Source: Promethearchaeota archaeon (lineage in GTDB: Archaea > Asgardarchaeota > Lokiarchaeia > Sigyniarchaeales > SOKP01). From it: a stretch of DNA of 29,335 nt. The notes beneath the pieces are model-generated. The model was not told the origin of the DNA. It saw only the letters and a program-made list of their open reading frames with translations, and did not search any database. The position numbers and the translations under genes were made by a program. The stretch's first letter is position 1; each line of letters begins with the position of its first letter. The DNA is taken from contig JAEOSU010000092.1 of NCBI GenBank assembly GCA_016840165.1, positions 1-29,335 on the forward strand, read 5' to 3'. Shown here in pieces: positions 1-8,845 of this stretch.

Positions 1-27
1 AATAAAAAAAAAAAGAAATTGGAATTA

Positions 28-1983
28 TTATACGTGTGCAGCTAAAGCGGTCATCTGGAACCATACAAGGATAACAGCAAACATTATTGAACTAAGATAA
101 ATTCTTCCTGTTTGGCGATAAAGATTTATACAAATAAAGTAGATTAAAGCTAACAATGGAATAGCACCCATCAATTGGACGACCATCATCCGCGTGGTAC
201 TACCATAAATCCAAGTTGGATCTGCAGTCGAGGCTACAGGTTGATCGAAAAACATCTGTGGTCCATATTGAATCGCTATACATGCTATTAAACCGCCAAG
301 CATCAAATACATATATTTGACCCACCAGACCGCATGAGTTACATACGTATTCTTATATTCCTTCATTCTAAGTTGTCCGTACATGAAAACTCCAGCATTG
401 AATAATGCGAAGAATAGAACAATTCCAAAATAAGGCCAGAAATAAACTGCGCGCTTTACACCATGGAATGGTTTCATAAAAGCCCAGAATCCACGAAATT
501 CAATGTTTAAGAATTGGGCTGACCAATATACAGATGCATACATAAATGCAAATAAAATGAAAGCTAGTAAAGCTGTTTTGGCGATGATTCTTGGATTAAA
601 AGCTGTAAATAGCTTTTTTGGTAAAGATAGGCCTTCTAATTCTTCCTTTTTGCTAAACGTTAAACCCATATCATAGAGTGAAATACTATCTCTACCCTTT
701 CTCCATCTAGTCAAGAGATACCATGTAGACCACAATACTACCATTAGAATTGCGTTCAGTAGGAACCAAACTGCAAAACCATTAGCAACCCCAAAAGGAA
801 ATACCGAAAGATCACCAATTTTTACATCAAATAGCCAGTTTTTGGCTGCACCACTATTACCATATCCAGAAGTAAAGTACCAGTAAGTATATCCACAGAT
901 TACAACATTTATCGTTGCTGCAATCCACCATGTGGACCCTTTAGTCGTTTGTATTCGTTCTGGCATTTTTTGTTTAACTTCACCGAAAAATTTCGTGTTC
1001 AATAATAGATAAGCTAATGGTAATATTGCAAGCATAGTACAAAAACACGCGATTAAACCAAAAACTTCAGTACCAACCCAAATCTGATTTGAAACATCTG
1101 CAATAGCCCAAGCCTCAGAGTAACTCATTCCCTGAAGTGCTTGAAGCATCCACGCAACAATCTCTGATGTGTGTTTTGGACTCATTGTAATATATGGATG
1201 AGTACCAAGATCATAAGCATGTCGCCTTGCAGAACCATTAGCAAAATCAGCAGGTCCACCCCAAAGGTTAAGATTCGTATCAACAGCAGCAGTACCAGGA
1301 GTTAAATGATATGTATTATCTATAACTACTAAGGATTCTGCTAATACCTGACTTGGACCTCTTCCTTCTGAGCCCCATTCTTCCCAAGCAGCCCATAGAT
1401 GAAGTATATTGTGATATTTTGGATCACCATAGCTTCCGTAGGCTGCATAAGATTCTGGAACGAAGGATTGTAACGCAAGAGCCCGGTGTTGAGGATAAAG
1501 CCCAGCAAGAATTACAGCCCTTATATTTCCAGCAGAGTGACCATAAATTCCTGTGTTATTTCCTTGCACAAAGGTTAAATTCATGAGAAATTCATACATA
1601 AGGGCATAACTACTAGGAGACGAATCGGTTGTATAACCACTTTGAGAATCTCCATGCCCTGCATAATCTACAGATATAACTACGAATCCTGCTCTCGCTA
1701 ATTCAAGTGCTGCTGGGCGTTGTACATCTTTGTCATTGTTAAAACCATGCATTCCTAAGATTCCAGGAGCTGGGTTAGCTGCGTCAACCCCAACTGGTTT
1801 ATAGAGCTTCCCTACAATTCTTAGTCCATTTGCATCAGTAATCTGAACTAATGAGACATCAACTTGTCCGAAGCTTGTTTGGAACCCCGAAGCCATAAAA
1901 GCAGAGAAAATAGTGACTGCTATTAATACAGTTAATACAATAGCTGGTTTATTTTTTCTATAATTTTCTAACAATTCTGTCAC
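28..1983 (-). CDS. Membrane-bound alpha/beta-hydrolase: N-terminal TM anchor, hydrolase domain, C-terminal multi-TM domain
   Basis: 651-aa ORF with GTG start. Contains an HGF oxyanion motif, 'GFVVISVDYAGHGDS' and the nucleophile elbow GHSAG. About 8 hydrophobic helices follow residue ~300. Confidence 0.8.
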   Translation of the reverse strand: MTELLENYRKNKPAIVLTVLIAVTIFSAFMASGFQTSFGQVDVSLVQITDANGLRIVGKLYKPVGVDAANPAPGILGMHGFNNDKDVQRPAALELARAGFVVISVDYAGHGDSQSGYTTDSSPSSYALMYEFLMNLTFVQGNNTGIYGHSAGNIRAVILAGLYPQHRALALQSFVPESYAAYGSYGDPKYHNILHLWAAWEEWGSEGRGPSQVLAESLVVIDNTYHLTPGTAAVDTNLNLWGGPADFANGSARRHAYDLGTHPYITMSPKHTSEIVAWMLQALQGMSYSEAWAIADVSNQIWVGTEVFGLIACFCTMLAILPLAYLLLNTKFFGEVKQKMPERIQTTKGSTWWIAATINVVICGYTYWYFTSGYGNSGAAKNWLFDVKIGDLSVFPFGVANGFAVWFLLNAILMVVLWSTWYLLTRWRKGRDSISLYDMGLTFSKKEELEGLSLPKKLFTAFNPRIIAKTALLAFILFAFMYASVYWSAQFLNIEFRGFWAFMKPFHGVKRAVYFWPYFGIVLFFALFNAGVFMYGQLRMKEYKNTYVTHAVWWVKYMYLMLGGLIACIAIQYGPQMFFDQPVASTADPTWIYGSTTRMMVVQLMGAIPLLALIYFICINLYRQTGRIYLSSIMFAVILVWFQMTALAAHV

Positions 1984-2185
1984 TTTTTTTAGGTATATTT
2001 GTATGATCTAAAATTTAATTATGTAGATCGATTATATATTTAAATTTCTTTATATTTAAAGCTTATTTCTTCATTGGGATTTTCTGGAATGATTGCCATA
2101 GTTGTCAAATAATTTTAGAAATATTTATAAATTCTAGAGTAGATTTATCAATTGATCATTTTAAAAATAATTAGGATGATTTAAG

Positions 2186-2419
2186 ATGAGTAGTATAACG
2201 ACAAAGTTTAAAGAAGCTTTTGAACTTGAGGAAGTTATTAGTATTTTCATGTTATGTAGCATTGCTGGGTCAATCATAATGTGGCTATTCTTTGTATGGT
2301 ATGGTACTGGCGAACATATCTGGGGTCCAACTGCCTTATTTTTGACTCTTGCGATACTTTTCACCATTTTAGCTCCGGTTTTCTTCATTTTCTTATGGTT
2401 CCGCAAAAAGAAAGCTTAA
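2186..2419 (+). CDS. Small 2-TM membrane protein (hypothetical)
   Basis: 77-aa ATG ORF with two hydrophobic helices and a basic C-terminal tail (RKKKA). Preceded by a TTTATAAA box near 2124 and AGGATGA, followed by a T-run. Divergent from the hydrolase gene. Confidence 0.7.
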   Translation: MSSITTKFKEAFELEEVISIFMLCSIAGSIIMWLFFVWYGTGEHIWGPTALFLTLAILFTILAPVFFIFLWFRKKKA

Positions 2420-2427
2420 AACTATTT

Positions 2428-2451
2428 ATATTTTTTTTTCCTTTTTATTTT
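2428..2451 (+). terminator. Archaeal oligo-T terminator after the small membrane protein gene
   Basis: TTTTTTTTTCCTTTTTATTTT about 10 nt after the stop. Confidence 0.45.
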
Positions 2452-2729
2452 GAGATTCAAATCTGATTAGAAGTTTATATCTCGAAGTTCAAAATCAAAT
2501 AGAATTGAATATTTTCCTATAATAAAATTAAGCAGCTCCATTATCATTATTCTTTGGATTTAGATTGAAATTTCCTTCTTGGATAGGTAATTTATTTTGG
2601 ATTATTTATCGCCTCTAGCTTGTGTTCTATGGTTCTTTTATCGCTAGGTTTGTATAAAAGATTCTTATTTTTTTTTGTTAAAAGAATAGAATTCAAAAAA
2701 GAAAATATTGAATTAAATAGTTCATAGGT

Positions 2730-4010
2730 TCAAATGGCTTTAAATAACTGTCTTAAAGCATAACTCATGATATATTGCTGAATTTGCCTTGTGCCTCCTC
2801 CAATCTCTTGTATCCTTGTAATACCTAAAAGATCATGCATAAGAGTATTATCACAGACTCCTGCACCTCCCATTAGGTTGGCACATTCATAAGCAACCCG
2901 TTCACTCAATTTTGCACTTACAGATTTTAACTGCGAAGCAGTTACTCCTAATGCTAAATTGAATTCCTTGGGAAGAGTTCCTTTTTCCTTCATTTTATTA
3001 TCTATTAATTGACACACATTTAATGCGGCTAGGGTTAAACTCATCGTTTCTGCCCATAGATCAGTAAGAGGAAAGCCAACTCCTTGAAACTTTAAGATCT
3101 CCTGATTGAATTGCTTTCTCATATTGACATAGATAAAAGCATGAGAAAGTGCATTCCAAGCTTCGGCAGCATTAAGAATAACGATTCCAAATCGCTCTAA
3201 ATTTAATCCCTCGAATAAGTGAGAGCGCCCCTGACCTGGTTCTCCCAATACATACTCAGAAGGAACTCTCAAGTTAGTTAATGTCTCTTTACCAATATAT
3301 AAGCGCGGAGTCCAAGGAATTTCCACTCGTTCTGCCTTCCATCCTTCCCATGATGTATCTATCAAAAATTGTCCCATGGTATTACCTTGATCTTTTTCTG
3401 AGACTGCATATAGAACCGCCCAATCGGCTTTAGGGCCGTTAGTTTGGTATATCTTGACCCCATTAAGTAAGAAGCTTCCGTCAGATTGCTTTTCGCAGAC
3501 AGTTTCCATATGAACAGCGTCAGAACCACGCTCAGGTTCGGTAATGCAAATGGCACCAATTTTTTTTCCAGTCACTAATTCTTCCAATGCTTTCAATCGA
3601 ATATCTACATTCTCGTGATGAAGCATTAAGGGATTGACTGCAAGAACAGTTGCTCCCATACCCATAGCTAGTTGTGGATCGAAAAAATCGGTTGCTAAAA
3701 TGCGCATAAACTCTGCAGTCATACCATATGGTTCAAAATCTAATCCAATTTCCTTAAAGTTATTCACTCGGGTTATAAGATTATGTTCACCAATTTCTGG
3801 GATCCAATCATAAAAATCTTCATTATGAGTGATATTATGTGTCCTTTCGAATTTTACATAGAATTTTTGTGTTTCTTTCAAGAAATTCATGTATTCTGGC
3901 TTCAAATAACTCATTAAACAGTAATTTAGAAACTTATAACGATTTTTCAAGGCTAGCTTTTCTAAAATCTCATCATTAATACATTGAATCTTTCCTTTTT
4001 GATTTTGCAT
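2730..4010 (-). CDS. Acyl-CoA dehydrogenase (isovaleryl-CoA/LCAD-type placement of the catalytic Glu)
   Basis: Motifs CITEPERGSD, LNGVKIYQTNG, RKQFNQEILKFQGV, GLNLERF and EIGGGTRQIQ. Confidence 0.92.
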   Translation of the reverse strand: MQNQKGKIQCINDEILEKLALKNRYKFLNYCLMSYLKPEYMNFLKETQKFYVKFERTHNITHNEDFYDWIPEIGEHNLITRVNNFKEIGLDFEPYGMTAEFMRILATDFFDPQLAMGMGATVLAVNPLMLHHENVDIRLKALEELVTGKKIGAICITEPERGSDAVHMETVCEKQSDGSFLLNGVKIYQTNGPKADWAVLYAVSEKDQGNTMGQFLIDTSWEGWKAERVEIPWTPRLYIGKETLTNLRVPSEYVLGEPGQGRSHLFEGLNLERFGIVILNAAEAWNALSHAFIYVNMRKQFNQEILKFQGVGFPLTDLWAETMSLTLAALNVCQLIDNKMKEKGTLPKEFNLALGVTASQLKSVSAKLSERVAYECANLMGGAGVCDNTLMHDLLGITRIQEIGGGTRQIQQYIMSYALRQLFKAI

Positions 4011-4103
4011 AATAGTTCATTTAAAAATCATATAATTTGTATTAGATAGTATCTAGCCTACAAATTTAAAATAGTTTGATAAAATTAAGAAAAAAGAAAA
4101 TAA

Positions 4104-5828
4104 TTATTGAGCCTTCTTTTCCTTGTCTCGAAGAGCTCTTTTTAATACTTTCCCAACGGCAGTGAGGGGCATTTCTTCTGTGAATTCCAATATTTTGGGA
4201 TTTTCATATTTTGAAAGATGTTCTGAAGCATATTTTTTCAAGTTTTCCTTGACCGAGTCTGTTGGTTGGATACCTTCTTTTAGTTGAACAATTGCTTTTA
4301 CTATTTCACTACCGGGACGATCAGCATCCGGTAATCCAATAATCGCAACTAATTCAATATCGGGATGTTTAGTTAAAACATCTTCAACATGAACACTATA
4401 TACCTTGTATCCACTTACTATAAGCATGTCCTTTGTTCTATCAACGATCCTCAGAAATCCATCCTCATCCATAATACCAACATCTCCCGTATGGAACCAA
4501 CCATCTATAATAGTCTGTTTATTAGCTTCGGGCTTATTATAATACCCTTTCGTGACTTGAGGCCCTCTACATATAATTTCACCCGGTTTTCCTAAAGGAA
4601 CTTGTTCCCCAGTATCGACATCAACAAGTCGTATATCAGTATCTGGCATAGGTATACCCACAGTTCCAATTTTTTTGGTTCCTCTATAAGGATTCATTGT
4701 CAAGATAGGAGAGGTCTCAGTCATGCCATAAACTTCTAGCACTTTATTTTCTGCATTTAAAGATTTCTCAAAGTCGCGTATTGCCTCAGCTGGAAAGGGG
4801 GCAGCTCCAGAAATATAAATTTCTATAGCATCTAAGGTTGATTGTGGTATTGATTTTGCTTTGGGATTATTTTTAATATTAAGATATAATGTTGGTACAT
4901 TAACTAACAAGCGAGGTACTTTTTCCTGCATCTCTTTAATAATATGTCCAGAATCTCGTGGATTTGCGATGAGGATTTGACCTGCACTAGCATATAACGT
5001 TACCATACTCATCGCAAGTCCCGCTAAATGAAATAATGGGAATGCAGATAAATTTACTTCGCCTTCTTTTGCTTCATATGTATCAATCCAAGTAAGAATT
5101 TGTATCGCATTGGAAATGATATTTTTATGTGTGAGTTCTGTTCCTTTCGGTAATCCTGTTGTACCTCCAGTATATTGAAGTAATGCTAAATCTTTTTCAA
5201 CATCAATATCAACATTCTTTAGATCAACCTCAGTATTCATTACTTCGAGAAAATCTATGACTTTTTTCCCTTCAAAGGGTGTCACCTTACCTTTTGGTAT
5301 CTTTTTCAGTAATTTTCCTAGAGTTACCTTTATTTTTGACAGCCCCATGAAATCTGAAATATTTGTTGTGATTACACATTCCAATTTAGGGACTTTATCC
5401 AATATTTTTAGTAAAACCTTTTCATAAATTGCATCTAAGGTAATGAAAAATTTGGCTTCACTGTCATTTAACTGATAGGCGAGTTCTGTAGGGCTTAAAA
5501 GAGGAGAACATCCAGAGGCAACACCTCCTGCCAATATAGTACCAAAATGAGCTACTAAGTACTGAGGACAATTTGCTAAATTAATTCCAACACGATCTCC
5601 TTTTTTTAATCCACTTTTTTGAAGAAATGTTGCGAAGCGATGAACTTTATCACGGAGTTCTTTAAATGTCATCTCGTTTTCCATGAAATAACTAGCAATT
5701 CTATCTGGAAATTTGCTCATTGCTTTATCAAAAAGAACTCCAAGAGATTCCGTCGGATATTCTAAATTCGGTTTTACATGGGAATCATAGGATTTAATCC
5801 ATATTTTTTTATCATAAGGCGATGAAAT
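4104..5828 (-). CDS. fadD: Long-chain-fatty-acid--CoA ligase (AMP-forming). Start probably ATT at 5828 (574 aa) rather than ATG at 5720.
   Basis: Motifs YTGGTTGLPKG, YGMTE, GWFHTGD, IVDRTKD and VGK. The frame stays open upstream of 5720 and encodes the typical FadD N-terminus (SSPYDKKIWIKSYDSHVKPNLEYP), with SD AGGTGG 6 nt before an ATT codon. Confidence 0.9.
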   Translation of the reverse strand: MSSPYDKKIWIKSYDSHVKPNLEYPTESLGVLFDKAMSKFPDRIASYFMENEMTFKELRDKVHRFATFLQKSGLKKGDRVGINLANCPQYLVAHFGTILAGGVASGCSPLLSPTELAYQLNDSEAKFFITLDAIYEKVLLKILDKVPKLECVITTNISDFMGLSKIKVTLGKLLKKIPKGKVTPFEGKKVIDFLEVMNTEVDLKNVDIDVEKDLALLQYTGGTTGLPKGTELTHKNIISNAIQILTWIDTYEAKEGEVNLSAFPLFHLAGLAMSMVTLYASAGQILIANPRDSGHIIKEMQEKVPRLLVNVPTLYLNIKNNPKAKSIPQSTLDAIEIYISGAAPFPAEAIRDFEKSLNAENKVLEVYGMTETSPILTMNPYRGTKKIGTVGIPMPDTDIRLVDVDTGEQVPLGKPGEIICRGPQVTKGYYNKPEANKQTIIDGWFHTGDVGIMDEDGFLRIVDRTKDMLIVSGYKVYSVHVEDVLTKHPDIELVAIIGLPDADRPGSEIVKAIVQLKEGIQPTDSVKENLKKYASEHLSKYENPKILEFTEEMPLTAVGKVLKRALRDKEKKAQ

Positions 5829-5862
5829 TTTTAACCACCTAATTTTAGTGCGTGTAGATTGA

Positions 5863-5881
5863 ATTTACAAAATTTGTAAAT
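5863..5881. promoter_or_regulatory. Perfect palindrome ATTTACAAA-A-TTTGTAAAT, a candidate operator at the predicted fadD transcription start
   Basis: 9-bp arms with a 1-nt spacer, about 23 nt downstream (minus strand) of an AAAG-TTTTATAAA BRE/TATA element at ~5904-5920. Confidence 0.4.
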
Positions 5882-5989
5882 ATCTTTAGTATTATTTTTG
5901 AAATTTATAAAACTTTCTTTCTTTTTCTAGAAAACAATCATAATGTGTGAGAAAATTGGATGAAATTTATATTAGAAAAGAAAAAAAAA

Positions 5990-7009
5990 TTAGTCAAAAT
6001 CAACAAGTATTTTTAATTCTTCATGAGGTGGATGACTTAATATTTCAAAAATCTCGGGAACTTGTGCTAATTTTATATGGTTCGTTATAATGGGATCAAT
6101 TTTAATTTTTTTTTGAGCAAATAAATTGATTGCTGTCTTAAAAATATCTTGATTATAGCTATATACACCACGAACAGAAATATTATTAGTCGTCATCATT
6201 AATATATTATCGATTTCAAATTTACTGGTATGCATACCAATAAGAGTGATCTGGCCTCCGTTTTTAATCATGTTTAATGCTGTTGCAAATGTTTCAGAAA
6301 GACCCACACAGTCGTACACATGATCAGGTCCAAGTTTATCTAATTGACGTACGATTTTACTCCATTGATTTGGTAAAAATACTTTATCTGCACCCAATGT
6401 TAATGCAACTTTTTGTTTCGATTCAACAGGTTCAAGAACATTAATCCTATTAGCTCCTGCTACTTTTAAGACTTGAATAATATACAATCCGATGGGCCCC
6501 GCACCAATCACTGCTGTATCCTGGCCTAACTTAAAACCAGATTGTTCAACAGCATAAAGAGCTACCGAAAGAGGTTCAACGCTAGCTCCTTCCTCATAGG
6601 AAACATTATCCGGTAAGATATGCACTCTTTCTGCTTTTACATTGATAAATTCTCTCATAGCCCCATGTTCTGTATATCCATATGCATGATTTTTTATTTT
6701 ACACATATTTTCAAGGTTATGACGACAATAAAAACATTCGTTGCAAGGAATTATTGGATTGACTGTTACTCTCATTCCAACTCTAATTTTCTTAACATTC
6801 TCACCGATTTCAACTATATCACCCGAAAATTCATGCCCAATTATTTTGCCTGGAAAATAAGGTCCTCCCATTTCGTAAGAGCACACATCGGACCCACAAA
6901 TTCCTACCTTTTTAACTTTAATTAAAACCTCATCTGAAGAAATATTAGGTTTTTCAAAACTTTCATCAATTATAATGCTTTCTTTTCCTTTAAAGACCAC
7001 TGCTTTCAT
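5990..7009 (-). CDS. Zinc-dependent medium-chain alcohol dehydrogenase (threonine/butanediol dehydrogenase-like)
   Basis: Motifs GICGSD and GHE, structural Zn site CxxCxxC-x7-C, Rossmann motif GAGPIG. SD AGGTTGA upstream. Confidence 0.9.
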   Translation of the reverse strand: MKAVVFKGKESIIIDESFEKPNISSDEVLIKVKKVGICGSDVCSYEMGGPYFPGKIIGHEFSGDIVEIGENVKKIRVGMRVTVNPIIPCNECFYCRHNLENMCKIKNHAYGYTEHGAMREFINVKAERVHILPDNVSYEEGASVEPLSVALYAVEQSGFKLGQDTAVIGAGPIGLYIIQVLKVAGANRINVLEPVESKQKVALTLGADKVFLPNQWSKIVRQLDKLGPDHVYDCVGLSETFATALNMIKNGGQITLIGMHTSKFEIDNILMMTTNNISVRGVYSYNQDIFKTAINLFAQKKIKIDPIITNHIKLAQVPEIFEILSHPPHEELKILVDFD

Positions 7010-7044
7010 TATTCAATCAACCTACAATTTTCCTAAAAAAAAAA

Positions 7045-8763
7045 TTAAAGAATGCCCATTGATGCCATTAACTTTGTACCGTCACTCATAGTTTGAGCAC
7101 TTTTCACATCAAGAATCGCGGGTTTATTTGAAGCTTTCGCTTGCTCTAATGCGGATTTAAGATCATTAGCATTGGTGACTACCTCTCCATAGCAACCAAA
7201 TCCCTCAGCACATTTCGCAAAGTTGAAATCGGGAAGATCAACGTCAATAAAATGTTTACTTTTATATTTATTTTGACAGGATTTAATCATACCCCATGAG
7301 CTATTATTTGCAATCACGAAGATAATGTTTTTTAATCCTAAACGCACAGCAGTTTCAAGATCTTGAACATTAAAGAGAAAACTTCCATCTCCTACGATAG
7401 TTATGACTTGCTTATCTGGTTTAGCGAGTTTTGCTCCAATTGCGTAAGGAATAGATGTCCCTAAATGTCCCATACATATCGAAGATAGTGTAGAAAGGGG
7501 TGGTCGAGGTTTGTGAAAATTTATCTGTTCAACTGTATAACATGCAATATCACCGCCATCAATTACCAAGATAGCATCTTCATCCATGAATTGCATTGTT
7601 TCATAGACTAATCTTTCAGGGATAATAGGGGTTTTATCTTTAAGGATTTTTTTGAAAAATTTCTCCTTATACTTTGCTCGTAAATCTTGGAGAGACTCTA
7701 ACCATTCTCGTTTTTCAACTCTCTCCGCTTTTTTCGCTTCTTCTAACATTTGTTGTAGATATAGCTTGCAGTCCCCTATGATTCCAAGTGTTATAGGTTT
7801 AGCTCGCCCAATAATATCAGGATCTATGTCAACCTGAATTAATTTCTGTGAATTTTTAAAGAATGGTTCATCTCCATGACCCATTGTGAATGAAAATTTG
7901 CAGCCTAAAGCTAGAACCACATCTGCTTGATATGATACTTCCTTCCCGAATCCTTGGATCGTCGAATCAATCAAACAATTTGAAGCATTTGAAAGTGTGC
8001 CTATTCCCATCACTGTAGTAATTACGGGAATCTGTAAATATTCAACAAATTCTTTAAGTTCATTCCATCCTTCTGATCGTGCTACTCCGCCACCAGAAAG
8101 GATTAATGGTCTTTCTGCAGACTTTAACAGCTTCAAAGACTCCTTTATAAGTTCTCTGTCAATTGCAGGCATTCCAAATGGACGATACATTTCTTTGGGT
8201 AGGATCTCTATATTTTCTTCTTCAATTTCCTCTAAAAATGCATCCTCATAAATTTCCAATAAAGCAGGTCCAGGTCTCCCTCCTGTCGCCGCACGAAACA
8301 CCTTATGGACAGCATCAGGGATTTTTGATAAATCCCGAATGCTTCTCTGATACTTGGTTATAGGTTTAAAGAGAGCCATTTGATCTAAATTACCTTGCAA
8401 TGTAAAAGTATCATCATATTTACTATTCACTTGAGGTACAATCGCAATAACAGGAATATTATCACTCCACGCCGCCCCTACTCCAGGTACAAGATCAGTT
8501 GCTCCGGGGCCGACAGTACCAAAACAGACACCTGGTTTATTTGTTAATCGTGCCCACGCATCGGCAGCATGAGCAGCACCTTGTTCATGACGGAACATAA
8601 CAGTATCAATTCCTTTTTCTCGTCCCCACTGATATATCGCATCAAACATGTTTAAAAATTGACCACCAATAATCCCAAACATGTATTTAACATTTTCTTC
8701 AAGGAGAGCTTTAACTAAAACATCTCCTCCCGTGATTTTAGGTTTTTGTTCCATATTATTCAC
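7045..8763 (-). CDS. Thiamine-pyrophosphate-dependent enzyme, acetolactate synthase / 2-hydroxyacyl-CoA lyase (ILVBL-like) family
   Basis: Motifs RHEQGAAHAADA, GPG, DGGD and the TPP motif GDGSF-x~23-NN. The start may be ATG at 8754. Confidence 0.88.
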   Translation of the reverse strand: MNNMEQKPKITGGDVLVKALLEENVKYMFGIIGGQFLNMFDAIYQWGREKGIDTVMFRHEQGAAHAADAWARLTNKPGVCFGTVGPGATDLVPGVGAAWSDNIPVIAIVPQVNSKYDDTFTLQGNLDQMALFKPITKYQRSIRDLSKIPDAVHKVFRAATGGRPGPALLEIYEDAFLEEIEEENIEILPKEMYRPFGMPAIDRELIKESLKLLKSAERPLILSGGGVARSEGWNELKEFVEYLQIPVITTVMGIGTLSNASNCLIDSTIQGFGKEVSYQADVVLALGCKFSFTMGHGDEPFFKNSQKLIQVDIDPDIIGRAKPITLGIIGDCKLYLQQMLEEAKKAERVEKREWLESLQDLRAKYKEKFFKKILKDKTPIIPERLVYETMQFMDEDAILVIDGGDIACYTVEQINFHKPRPPLSTLSSICMGHLGTSIPYAIGAKLAKPDKQVITIVGDGSFLFNVQDLETAVRLGLKNIIFVIANNSSWGMIKSCQNKYKSKHFIDVDLPDFNFAKCAEGFGCYGEVVTNANDLKSALEQAKASNKPAILDVKSAQTMSDGTKLMASMGIL

Positions 8764-8845
8764 GTTTTATTTTATTTTTTTAATTTATCCTATCTTTAGT
8801 TTTATTTGTATAAAAAATTAACTTCTAATCTTTATGATTTTTTTA

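Noticed and set aside
2161-2466. Alternative ORFs 2161-2406(-) and 2281-2466(+)
   Set aside because: Shadows of the 2186-2419 membrane protein, which has the better signals.
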